This document shows, in pieces, positions 50,550 through 60,435 of a stretch of DNA of 64,000 nucleotides. Numbering within the stretch: position 1 is the first letter of the stretch; the number at the start of each line of letters is the position of its first letter. Source of the DNA: an uncultured Candidatus Binatia bacterium (GTDB taxonomy: Bacteria; Desulfobacterota; Binatia; Bin18); NCBI GenBank assembly GCA_965200965.1, contig OZ241744.1, positions 2,976,001 through 3,040,000 of the forward strand, read 5' to 3'. The notes beneath the pieces were generated by a model. The model made no database searches, was not told where the DNA came from, and saw only the letters and a list, made by a program, of their open reading frames with translations. The position numbers and the translations under genes were made by a program.

Positions 50550-50666
50550 CCCAGCCTCGTGTTCTGCATGGTGGGCGGGAGTCTAGCAGCCCGGTCCCGG
50601 CTTGAAAAAGGGGGGACGCCGGCAAGAATACACGCTATGCTGTACAGCAGAGAGGAGGAGCCTACG

Positions 50667-51551
50667 ATGAAATATGGCTTACATCTGGCTGGCGGGGCGT
50701 CGGTGTGTGACCGGGCAGGGCTGCGTGAGGTAGCGATTGCGGCCGAGGAGGAGGGCTACGATTGCATTCTGATCGGCGATCATATCGTGCTGCCCAAAAC
50801 CATCACCACCCCCTGGCCGTATGAGGAGTATAACGACGGCAAGCCCAACTACGACATCTATACCCAGATGGAGTGGCTTGACCCGTTTGATACAGTCGCC
50901 TTTATGGCCGGCGTGACCGAAAAAGTCCGGCTGGGCCTCGGCGTGCTGATCGTCCCCTACCGGCATCCGTTTGACGTGGCCCGACGGGTGGCGACTCTGG
51001 ATGTCCTGAGCGGCGGGCGTTTTGTGCTCGGCACCGGGGTGGGCTGGCTGGCCGAGGAGTTCAAACTGCTGGGCGTGCCGTTTGAGCGGCGGGGAAGACG
51101 GACGCGCGAATATATTGAGGTGATGAAGGCGCTGTGGACCGAAGACAAGCCGCGCTTCTCGGGCGAGTTTGTTCAGTTGAACGAGGATGTCAATGTGCTG
51201 CCGCGTCCCGTGCAGAAGCCCCATCCCCCGATCTGGGTCGGTGGAGAGTCGGTGTACGCCCTGAAACGGGTGGTCGCGTTTGGTGACGGCTGGCATATTG
51301 CACTGCTGACATTTGAGCAGATTGCCAGCATGCTTGAGCAGCTCAAACGCTTGGCCGAGAAAGCCGGCCGGGACTACGCTGACCTGGAACTGACCGCCAT
51401 GAGCGACCCGACCCGCATGACCCAAGACACGGTGCAGCGTTACCGTGACTTGGGCGTGCAGACCTTGTTCACCCTGCCGCTCAGCCGGGACCCCGACGGC
51501 ATTCTGCGTGAGGTCCGGGAGTTTGCCAAACGGGTGCAGGACGCCGGCTGA
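50667..51551 (+). CDS. LLM-class (putative F420-dependent) oxidoreductase
   Basis: GDHIVLP, DPF, TLDVLSGGR, PRPVQKPHPP; GAGGAG RBS. Confidence 0.9.
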   Translation: MKYGLHLAGGASVCDRAGLREVAIAAEEEGYDCILIGDHIVLPKTITTPWPYEEYNDGKPNYDIYTQMEWLDPFDTVAFMAGVTEKVRLGLGVLIVPYRHPFDVARRVATLDVLSGGRFVLGTGVGWLAEEFKLLGVPFERRGRRTREYIEVMKALWTEDKPRFSGEFVQLNEDVNVLPRPVQKPHPPIWVGGESVYALKRVVAFGDGWHIALLTFEQIASMLEQLKRLAEKAGRDYADLELTAMSDPTRMTQDTVQRYRDLGVQTLFTLPLSRDPDGILREVREFAKRVQDAG

Positions 51552-51566
51552 TGCGTCGGGCCGGCT

Positions 51567-52448
51567 CTACAGGCTTGCCGAGGGGACGACGAGCTTCTCG
51601 GCCAGCTTTTCAATCTCGCCCCGGATCTTGCCCGGATCATCGACAAAGCCGCCGACAATCACCTGATCGACGCCAAGGTCACGGTACCGCTTGATCTGAT
51701 CCATCTCCACCGGCGAGCCAAGGCCCGGAGAGACCGCAAAGTTCAGTTTGTCTGGGTTACGGCCGGCCGCGGTGGCGTATTCTTTCATACGCGCGATCTT
51801 TTCCTGGGCGTCCTCAGCCGTCACATTCACCCCGAACCAGCCGTCGCCGACCTCACCGACCCGCTTGAGGGCCGGCGTGCTCTCCCCGCCAAAAATAATC
51901 GGCGGATAGGGTTTCTGGACCGGTTTGGGCAGCATGACCGCCTTGGGAAAGCTGCAGAACTCCCCGCTGAACTCCGGCTCGTCCTCGGTCCACAGCAGCT
52001 TCATGGCCTGGAGGTACTCGCGGGTCCGCTGGGCGCGGCGCGGCCACGGTACCCCCACCGCGGCAAACTCCTCGGCCAGCCAGCCAACGCCAACGCCAAA
52101 ATCAAACCGCCCGCCCGAGAGCTTGTCGAGGCTGGCGACTTCCTTGGCCGTGACCACCGGATTACGCTCCGGTACCAGACAGATTCCGGTCCCCAGGCGG
52201 ATGTTTTTGGTCGTGGCCGCGGCAAACGTCAGGGTCGTAAACGGGTCCAGAATATCGACCTGGGTTGACATGGGGAGCCGCCCATCCTGGGAGTACGGAT
52301 ATTTGGAGGCGTACTGGTTGATCAAGACCACATGCTCGGGTGCCCACAAGGAATGAAAGCCGGCCTGGTCAGCCGTCTGAGCGGTGAGCGTGATATGCTC
52401 AGGCTCAGCCCCGATGCCAATGCCAACTGCGAAATAGCCAATCTTCAT
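51567..52448 (-). CDS. LLM-class (putative F420-dependent) oxidoreductase
   Basis: WAPEHVV, LDPF, AKEVASLDKLSGGR. Confidence 0.92.
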   Translation of the reverse strand: MKIGYFAVGIGIGAEPEHITLTAQTADQAGFHSLWAPEHVVLINQYASKYPYSQDGRLPMSTQVDILDPFTTLTFAAATTKNIRLGTGICLVPERNPVVTAKEVASLDKLSGGRFDFGVGVGWLAEEFAAVGVPWPRRAQRTREYLQAMKLLWTEDEPEFSGEFCSFPKAVMLPKPVQKPYPPIIFGGESTPALKRVGEVGDGWFGVNVTAEDAQEKIARMKEYATAAGRNPDKLNFAVSPGLGSPVEMDQIKRYRDLGVDQVIVGGFVDDPGKIRGEIEKLAEKLVVPSASL

Positions 52449-52487
52449 CGCTGTCTCCTTTCTCTACATTCTCATCTGTACGCATTC

Positions 52488-52877
52488 TCAAGGCTTGGCG
52501 CGTGCCTCACGCCCCTTGTCTGGGGTCGGGTCTGTGACCAGCCCGTAAATCTGGCGGCCCTCATGGTCCTCCGGCAGATGCTCGGTAATCGGCAGACCTT
52601 CGGGGCTCACAAACAGCAGACAGTGACAATACTTCCACTGTTTCATCTCGTCGCAGGCGCATACCCATTCACGGCTGCGCTCGACCTCGGCTTTTTTATC
52701 CGGGTAGAAATTGCACGGGCACAGCGGCCGGCCCACCTGGTCGATATTGCTGGCCAGCCCCAGAATGACCGACTCGGTGACTTCCGTATCCGGGTGGGCA
52801 GATGTGCCTGTTTTGTGGAGATATTTTTCAACATAGACCCGCATCCGTTTGACGCTTTTTTCCGACGGCTGTTCCAT
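52488..52877 (-). CDS. Ferredoxin-thioredoxin reductase catalytic subunit
   Basis: CPC...CAC...CHC cysteine triad (RPLCPC, WVCAC, YCHCLLF). Confidence 0.88.
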   Translation of the reverse strand: MEQPSEKSVKRMRVYVEKYLHKTGTSAHPDTEVTESVILGLASNIDQVGRPLCPCNFYPDKKAEVERSREWVCACDEMKQWKYCHCLLFVSPEGLPITEHLPEDHEGRQIYGLVTDPTPDKGREARAKP

Positions 52878-53009
52878 CCCGGCACTCCCTTTCATAGGTT
52901 GGCTGCACAGTCCAGTATTATCCGCCTGCGGCAAAAGATAAAGGGCTTGAGAGATGTCGGCCTCACGCGCCAAGAACGGGAGCAGTTGAGGCCCCACCCC
53001 GAACGGCGC

Positions 53010-53285
53010 TTAGTCCTCATACACGGTTCTTCCATTTCTCCGAGCCCAATCCACAGAGAATCCAAGGTGAGAGATTGCGTTCTTGCTCCTGTCCAGTTGA
53101 CGCTCCGTTTCGGCCACCACAATCTCTGGCTCAAGTTCATAAATGACCTTACATTTCGTCTGATTGGACGCGTACATTTCCTTGACCAGCCCAGGCTGGA
53201 GTAAATTGCTCATACCGATTGACCGAGCCAATTCGGCCGCCTTCAGGACGAATTTGATGATTCTACGATACACGTCTCGGGCCAT
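53010..53285 (-). pseudogene. Probable Type II restriction endonuclease with in-frame internal deletion
   Basis: Starts 1 bp after the MTase stop; 91 aa; NLLQPGLVKEM joined abruptly to YASNQTKCKVIYE with no PD-D/ExK core. Family call is from recall only. Confidence 0.5.
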
Positions 53286-53286
53286 A

Positions 53287-54081
53287 TCAGAATAGCCTCT
53301 CCGCCAGTTCGCGCTCTACATTCGCCAGCCTGGCGTTTGCTGCCTCAACACGATCTCCGTCTTTCTCTATCCCGATGAAATGCCGGCCAAGCCTGCGACA
53401 CACAACCGGACACGTCCCAACGCCGGCAAACGGATCGAGAACAATATCGTTCTCAACCGAACTGGCTTTCACCAGCCGCTCTATGAGTTTCTCTGGTTTC
53501 TGAATGGTGTTCAGGGCTTCCCTGCTGACCAGTTCCGTGGATTTGTAGGTCAGTTGCTTGATGTCGCCCCAGACATCTCCGGGGTTCTTACCGGCATGGT
53601 TGAACTTTGTCTTGCGGAACTTCCCGTTCGTGACAGACGGAACCCGCTCGCAGCGGAGCCTATGCTCCAACTCGACAAGTTGCGCGACACGGATGGCACC
53701 CAGGTTGAAGGTCTCAGGTTTTTTACCCTTGACGAAGTAGCATATGATATCGTAGTTGTTCGTGTAGTTCGTCCTGCCCTGAGCTAAGCGGCCTGGCTGG
53801 AACCAGACAATCTTGGAACGCAGTTCGAGAAATGGTCGATAGTCGATAAAGTCGATACAATCCGGTTTTCCGAACAGATAGAGAGCGCCTCCCGCTTTCA
53901 GCTTGGCAGCGAAGAGACGGATCAGCTCCAGGTTGAACTCCTGAATGTTACGGATTCTGTCCCATCTGTTCGTGGTGACCCCGTAGGGACCGTCGCAAAT
54001 GACGAGGTCGATAGACTCGTCGTTGACGCGCGGAAGCATCTCAAAGGTATCCGCGTGGTAGATGTTATCAACGGCAAGCAT
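53287..54081 (-). CDS. N4/N6 DNA methyltransferase (beta class)
   Basis: DLVICDGPY, KNPGDVW, QKPEKL, LDPFAGVGT; start codon uncertain. Confidence 0.9.
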   Translation of the reverse strand: MLAVDNIYHADTFEMLPRVNDESIDLVICDGPYGVTTNRWDRIRNIQEFNLELIRLFAAKLKAGGALYLFGKPDCIDFIDYRPFLELRSKIVWFQPGRLAQGRTNYTNNYDIICYFVKGKKPETFNLGAIRVAQLVELEHRLRCERVPSVTNGKFRKTKFNHAGKNPGDVWGDIKQLTYKSTELVSREALNTIQKPEKLIERLVKASSVENDIVLDPFAGVGTCPVVCRRLGRHFIGIEKDGDRVEAANARLANVERELAERLF

Positions 54082-54389
54082 CTCTTTTGCGTCTTGGTAA
54101 TGTGGCGCAATTTGGGCCAGCTCTGGCACCGTTTTTGTGATTCTCACAGGCCGCACCCTAGCACACCGCCCCGGCCTCTGCCAGCCGTGGCCAATCATGG
54201 GCCGATACATGCGTTCACAGTGTTCATGCGGGGAGGGCAAGGCGGAGGAGCCGGCGGACGATTAGGCAAATCCGACGAAAAGGGATATATGAAAACCACG
54301 GCCGCCCAAAGGCCGGTCCACGACAGAAACCGCCGTGTTGACGGGCGGGGCAGATACGCCTGCGGAGATATCATTGAGGAGGCACAGCC

Positions 54390-55442
54390 ATGCTGGAGGG
54401 CCTGCACATACGGAATTACCGCGTCTTCAACGACCTCACAGTTGACCATTTGAGGCGCATCAACCTTATTGCTGGCAAGAACAATGCCGGCAAGACAAGC
54501 CTGCTGGAGGCGATTTTTCTGCTGTCCGGGGCGGGGAATCCGCAAGTGGTGCCGACCATCATGAATTACCGCGGGATCGAGTCGGTGACTGGACCTCCGC
54601 AAACAGTAGGGGAAATCTTCTGGAAGCCGCTCTTCTCTGCGCTGGATATGAACAGGACCGTCGAAATCACCGGGCAGCATACATCCGCCGGTCCGCTGAC
54701 TCTGACAATCGTGTTGGATAAGCCCCACACCAGCGAACTGCCCCTTAATGCTCCCGTTGAGACGCACCTGGAAAACCTTTCCGGCGCATCCCAACTCACG
54801 CTTTCGTTCAGCAGCCACTCAACGGGAGAAGTCAAGGGTCACATGCGCGTGACCGGACAAGCGGTTCAGCTTGAGCCGCCTAATGTGGAATTGCCGTTTC
54901 CCGGAAGGTTTCTTATGTCTCGTGGGGGAAATCTCACAGCAGATGCCGGACTGCTGGGAAGGCTGAGACAACAGAAACAGGGCGAGCTCGTCCTGGAAGC
55001 ACTCCAAATCATTGAACCGAGACTGCAAAGCGTTGAGGACAATTCCGCCAGTGGCGCGCCCCTGATCTGGGGCGATATCGGCTTAGCCGAACTGATACCG
55101 CTGACGGTCATGGGCGAGGGCATGACCCGCATCGCCCGGCTGATCCTCGCCATAGCCTCCACGCCGGGCGGTGTTGTTCTGGTGGATGAGATCGAAAACG
55201 GCCTGCATCACTCTGTGCTGCCCAAGGTCTGGAAAGTCGTTGATACCGCGGCCAAGCGGTTCAACACCCAGATATTTGCGGCCACACACAGCTTTGAGTG
55301 CGCGGAGGCAGCGCATGAAGCCCTCTGCGCGGACGACTTTCGCCTGCACCGGCTTGAAGTCAGTGGCGCGGAGAACCGCTGCGTCACCTATGAGCCGGAG
55401 GAAATTGAGGTCGCGTTTCGACAGAATTTGGAGATCCGCTGA
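54390..55442 (+). CDS. ABC-type ATPase (AAA_15/AAA_21)
   Basis: GKNNAGKT, MGEG, VLVDEIENGLH, ATHS; GAGGAGG RBS. Confidence 0.88.
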   Translation: MLEGLHIRNYRVFNDLTVDHLRRINLIAGKNNAGKTSLLEAIFLLSGAGNPQVVPTIMNYRGIESVTGPPQTVGEIFWKPLFSALDMNRTVEITGQHTSAGPLTLTIVLDKPHTSELPLNAPVETHLENLSGASQLTLSFSSHSTGEVKGHMRVTGQAVQLEPPNVELPFPGRFLMSRGGNLTADAGLLGRLRQQKQGELVLEALQIIEPRLQSVEDNSASGAPLIWGDIGLAELIPLTVMGEGMTRIARLILAIASTPGGVVLVDEIENGLHHSVLPKVWKVVDTAAKRFNTQIFAATHSFECAEAAHEALCADDFRLHRLEVSGAENRCVTYEPEEIEVAFRQNLEIR

Positions 55443-55444
55443 AT

Positions 55445-56061
55445 ATGGCGCAACCAACAGAAATCAAATCCAGCTGCTTGTTGAGGGCAACGACCAGCGC
55501 AACTTTTTTGAGGCGTTCATTGACCATCTCTCGCTTACAGATGTTCAGGTTCAGAACTTTGGAGGCGTTGACGACCTGCGATCCTTCCTGTCAATACTTG
55601 TGAAAAGGCAAGGATTTCGTGACACTGTGCAGAGTGTCGGCATCGTCCGGGACGCGGAAACCTCCGCTCAGGCCGCGTTCCAAAGCGCTCAGTCTTCGTT
55701 GAGGAAGGCCGGGCTGGTCGTACCGAACCGGCCCGAAGAACGCGCCGGCAGCAGCCCGGCAGTGGCGGTGCTGATACTGCCCGACGGGAACCAGCCGGGG
55801 ATGCTCGAAACCTTGCTCTGCCAGAGCTTTGCGGGCGACCCGGAGGAAGCCTGCATTGATGACTTTTTCCGGTGCGTTGAGGCTTTGTCAGGCGTGTCTA
55901 TCCAACGCCCAGACAAGGCGCGTGCGCGAGCCTACTTGGCGACAAAGCCCGATCCGCACCTTTCCGTAGGCGTGGCGGCGAGGCGGAGCTACTGGAATCT
56001 CAACCATCCCGTTTTTGAGCGGATTCAGCAATTCCTCAGCCGGCTGTCGGCTTACGTCTGA
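55445..56061 (+). pseudogene. DUF3226-like TOPRIM protein, apparently frameshifted near its start
   Basis: LLVEGND, IVRDAE, GMLETL motifs; ATG 55445 (MAQPTEIK) is out of frame with them; stop TGA lies inside a REP. Confidence 0.65.
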
Positions 56062-56078
56062 CGGCTAAGCCGACCTAC
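56046..56078 (-). repeat. REP, right-type copy
   Basis: GTCGGCTTACGTCTGACGGCTAAGCCGACCTAC. Confidence 0.88.
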
Positions 56079-56098
56079 GACTGAACCCGGAGCAGGAT

Positions 56099-58678
56099 AT
56101 GGCGAGAGCAAGGAAGAAGGCCGCCAAGAACATTGAGGTCTACACCCACCCCGGCAAGGAGCGGGTGAACAACCCGCCGGTCGGCCTTGTGACGCCCGAC
56201 ACCGACAAGGACGCCGGCCGGCAGACCTACGCCTACGACCCGCATCTTGACCCGCAGTTGCAGTGGGCCGGCAAGGCCGAGCATACCGCATTTGTGGTAC
56301 CGACCGTCTCTCTGCATGTCCATGAGCGGATTGACCCCCAGGCCATCATTGAGGCCGTGCGCCGGCAGGGCGGCGGCGCGGACGACCCGCAGATGTCGAT
56401 GTTCTCCAGTCAGGAGGAGAACCCGCCCATCCGCAAAGCCATTGAGTTCTACCAGCACAAACATAAGTGGACCAACCGGCTGGTTGCCGGCGACAGCCTG
56501 CTGGTGATGAACAGCCTGCTGCAAAAAGAGCGCCTCGCCGGCCAAGTCCAGATGGTCTACTTGGACCCGCCCTACGGCATCCGCTACGGCTCGAACTTCC
56601 AGCCCTTCATCAACAAGCGCGATGTCAAAGACGGCAAAGACGAAGACCTGACCCAGGAGCCGGAGACCATCCGCGCCTTCCGCGACACCTGGGAACTGGG
56701 CATTCACTCCTACTTGGCCTACCTGCGCGACCGCCTGCTGCTGGCCCGCGAGCTGCTGACCGAGAGCGGCAGCTGCTTCGTGCAGATCAGCGATGAGAAT
56801 GTCCACTTGGTTCGCAATATGATGGATGAAATATTCGGCGTGACGAACTTCATGTCCCTGATCTCATTCAGAACAAAAATTCCGCTCAACGCTGCCCATC
56901 TTCCAAACATAGCCGATTACCTGATCTGGTACGCGAAGGACAAAACACGGGTCAAGTTCCATCGACTGTTTGGACCTCGGAACTATGGCGAGGACACGAT
57001 GTTTTCGTCTGCTCTCCTTCCTGACGGTAGCGTAGTCAAAGCTGGCGCGGTTCCCGGTGAACACAGGGGAGCGGCGCGTTACTTTAGTCTGATTGATTTG
57101 ATGGCGACCGGGTACACCGAATCCTGTCATTTTGAATTTGAGTTGGAGGGCCGACGCGCCTATCCCAATCCGACGACAAGTTGGAAAACCACGCCTGAAG
57201 GAATGGAAAAGCTCCTCATGGCTGAGCGCGTCCGTTGGCAAAGGACTGTTCCACGATATGTTTTTTATGCGGACGATTATCCGGTTATGGAGATGACCAA
57301 CCAGTGGACGGATACACAGGGGGCCAGCGGGAAAGCCTATGCAGTGCAAACGGCAGTCAAGGTTATCGAACGCTGCCTGCTGATGACCACCGACCCCGGA
57401 GACCTGGTCTTTGACCCGACCTGTGGAAGCGGCACGACCGCCTTTGTGGCCGAGCAGTGGGGCCGACGTTGGATCAGCTGCGACACCTCGCGCGTTGCCG
57501 TCACCCTGGCCCGGCAACGCCTGATGACCGCCAGCTTTGACTATTTTGAGCTCGCCCGCCCGGACGAAGGCGTGGGCGGCGGGTTTCGGTATAAGACCGT
57601 GCCGCATATCACCCTCGGCTCTATCGCCAATAACCCTGATATCACAGCAGGCATGACGCGCGACGCGATTGACGCCGCCATTGCCCGCCATGCACCACCA
57701 CAGGAAACGCTCTACGACCAGCCGTTCCGCAACACCAGAAAAGCCCGCGTCACCGGCCCGTTCACCGTTGAGGCGGTACCCGCGCCGGTTGTCAAAACGG
57801 TGGACGAACTGCTCGAGGGGGAGGACACGCCACGCGAGGCCGACAACTCGGTGGCCCGCTCTGGCGAGACGCTGCGTCAGGACGAGTGGCGGGACGAACT
57901 GCTGAAAACCGGCATTCGCGGCAAAGCCGGCCAGCGCATGGCCTTTGTCCGGCTCGAACCCCTGCCGGCGACACGTTGGCTGCACGCCGAGGGCGAAACC
58001 CGGCCCGAGGCCGCAGGGGCGGAGCGCAGCAGCGGTCGTGTGGTGGTGTCCTTCGGCCCGGACCATGCGCCCCTGGAGCAACGCCAAGTTGAACACGCCT
58101 GGGAGGAGGCCCGCAGCCTGCGCCCCAAACCGATGTTGCTGGTCTTTGCCGCGTTTCAGTTTGACCCCGAGGCGGCCAAGGATATTGACGAACTCAAACC
58201 TGAGCTGACCGGGATGCAGTTTCTCAAGGTCCAGATGAACGCCGACCTGCTGACCGATGACCTCAAGAAAAAGCGGGCCAGCAATGAGAGCTTCTGGCTC
58301 ATCGGCCAGCCGGATGTGGAGCTTGAGTAGGATGGGTCGGGTGCATATCGCGTCTCGGTGCTCGGCTTTGACTACTACAACACCAAGACCGGCGGGGTAG
58401 AGTCTGGCGGGGCGGACAAGATCGCCATGTGGCTGCTTGACCCCGATTATGACGGGCGCAGCCTCTTCCCTCGCCAGGTGTTTTTCCCCTGGGCCGACGG
58501 CCGCGACGGCTGGGCACGGCTGGCCCGCAGCCTCAAAGCCGAGATTGACCCCGAGCGGATTGAAGCCTACCGGGGCACGGTCTCGCTGCCCTTTACGCCG
58601 GGCATCCACCGCCGCATTGCCGTCAAGATCATTGACGACCGGGGGATTGAAAGCCTCAAGGTGGTGGAGATTGCCTAG
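56099..58678 (+). pseudogene. mod: Type III RM Mod subunit with in-frame TAG at 58328-58330
   Basis: YLDPPYG, QISDEN, FDPTCGSGTT; the same frame continues after TAG to IAVKIIDDRGIESLKV. Confidence 0.85.
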
Positions 58679-58705
58679 CCGTGGGAGGCAAAAGGAGATT
58701 ATCCA

Positions 58706-59536
58706 ATGGCAAAACCGATGAAGGCCCAGGCAATAGAGCGTCTACAGAAAGCACTGGATGCGATACCTGCATTAGAGGGATTGGACACTGATTCCCCGGA
58801 GTTCAAGAGGTGGTGGAGAAGCACAGAAATCGCTATCACCAACACATTCGGGGACGAATCATATCATATTCGGGAATTCTACGATACCGATTATTTTTCC
58901 TGCTTTGCTTCACCCCCTCCCGGGGAGAAGGAGAAAACCTTGAAATCAGCAACCGCACTACTCCAATCAATGATTGAGGAAGTCGAGGAGTATTGGGAAG
59001 AAGACACGGAGACAACAAAAGTGCCCAAAAAACTTAAATTACAGCAACCCGGGGAAGATCGGAAAAAAGAACATCAGCCTCCGCCGAACACCAGAGAAGT
59101 CTTCGTTATTCACGGAAGGGACGAGGCAGCCGAGCAAAAAGTGGTGAGATTTCTCGAAAAACTGGACCTCACGCCAGTGATATTGCACGAGCAGCCGAAC
59201 TAGGGCCAGACAATAATCGAGAAGTTCGAGCAACACGCGCAAGTCGGGTTTGCCGTGGCCCTGTTGACGCCGGACGATGGAGGCGCGCTTCAGGGTGAGG
59301 CGGAACATATCAAACCCCGTGCCAGACAGAATGTTGTGTTTGAGTTGGGGTATTTTCTCGGACGCCTTGGCCGAAAGCGGGTCTGTGCCCTGGTCAAAGG
59401 AATCCCAGAAATTCCGTCAGACTATGCCGGGGTGGTCTATATTCCACTGGATGATTACGGGGGCTGGGAGAGAAAACTTGTCAAAGAGCTAAAGGAAGCC
59501 GGCTTTGAGATTGATGCGAATCGTATAGTGGAGTGA
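58706..59536 (+). pseudogene. TIR-like nucleotide-binding protein (Cap12/Pycsar-type TIR) with in-frame TAG at 59201-59203
   Basis: VFVIHGRD...LHEQPN*GQTIIEKFE...LLTPDD...RARQNVVFELGYF...PSDYAG in one frame. Confidence 0.88.
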
Positions 59537-59576
59537 AGATAATGAGCGCCCATGTTGCCATTCTACAAGGCGGGGT

Positions 59577-59609
59577 GTCGGCTTACGCCTGACGGCTAAG
59601 CCGACCTAC
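59577..59609 (-). repeat. REP, right-type copy
   Basis: Identical to 28957-28989. Confidence 0.88.
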
Positions 59610-59630
59610 GATGACGGCCTAGGAAGCAGG

Positions 59631-59725
59631 ATGCCGAGCGTGACGATTGACCGGCTGATCATCAACCCGCCCTATGAGGAGCCGGGGCAACACTGGCAAT
59701 ACGACCGCGAGACGCGGCTGTTCGC
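59631..59725 (+). pseudogene. Duplicated 5' fragment of the res gene
   Basis: MPSVTIDRLIINPPYEEPGQHWQYDRETRLF versus MPSATIDRLIINSPYEEPGQHWQYDRETRLF at 60436. Confidence 0.9.
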
Positions 59726-59805
59726 TAGCCGTGGGGGGCAGGAGAGGCTGAACCGGGATGGGGGGAGGCTAGCTGGAGGGGAGCGGGTGTGCTAGGGTCT
59801 TGCTC

Positions 59806-60117
59806 ATGAGCAGTTTTGGCAAAAATTATGCTGAACTGTCTTCTGTTTGCAGCACCATTGCTGCCTTGCCAGATGCCCCTTACACCCTGTTACGGCCTAT
59901 TCCAGTCCGGCTGGAACCGGGGGAGGATGGGGGATGGATGGCACGTTTTGAGGAAGCGAATATCGGCATGTCGGGCGGTGATCCAGAAGACGCTCGGCAG
60001 ATGCTTACTGAGGACATTGTAGAGACCTTTGCGCTGTTCCTCGCGGAAGAAGCGACCTTAGGCCCCGGCCCTCAACGTCAACTCGCCGTGCTCAAGCAGT
60101 ACCTCCAGGTCTGCTGA
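59806..60117 (+). CDS. HicB-like antitoxin
   Basis: V-LE-GEDGGWMA...MSGGDPEDARQML pattern. Confidence 0.6.
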   Translation: MSSFGKNYAELSSVCSTIAALPDAPYTLLRPIPVRLEPGEDGGWMARFEEANIGMSGGDPEDARQMLTEDIVETFALFLAEEATLGPGPQRQLAVLKQYLQVC

Positions 60118-60119
60118 CA

Positions 60120-60410
60120 ATGCCCTTTACCCGACAGGAGGCCCGAGCTATTGCGAAGAAACTTGGAGCCGAAGTCCAAACCAAGCACAAGAAGCACCAT
60201 ATGGCCATTGTTCGTTATCATGGCCGCATTGTAGCAAGCTACGGCATCCGACGCGCAAGCGGAGAAGTGGGGCATGATCACATCCCACATCAATTGTACA
60301 TTTCTCGTCAGCAGGCATTAGCCCTCGCCCGATGCTCCCTTGACAGGGATGGCTACTTTGTCGTTCTGCGCGAGCAGGGCTTGCTTCCTGAAGAGGAGCG
60401 GCGCGACTAG
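60120..60410 (+). CDS. HicA-like small basic protein (putative toxin)
   Basis: Basic 96-aa ORF 2 bp after the HicB-like gene; IAKKLGA...H, IPHQL. Confidence 0.5.
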   Translation: MPFTRQEARAIAKKLGAEVQTKHKKHHMAIVRYHGRIVASYGIRRASGEVGHDHIPHQLYISRQQALALARCSLDRDGYFVVLREQGLLPEEERRD

Positions 60411-60435
60411 CCCGCCCATTGTCCTTTCAGCCAGA

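Noticed and set aside
56099-59536. Genome-wide TAG reassignment
   Set aside because: Many ordinary genes here end at TAG at the expected family length (for example 4136, 9112, 10182, 30306, 33581).
58706-59536. CBASS, Pycsar or Thoeris operon
   Set aside because: No cyclase or ThsA-like gene is adjacent to the TIR gene.
18557-59609. REP palindromes as integron attC sites
   Set aside because: They lack RYYYAAC/GTTRRRY ends, are shorter than typical attC sites and carry GTAG termini. No intI gene is present in the window.
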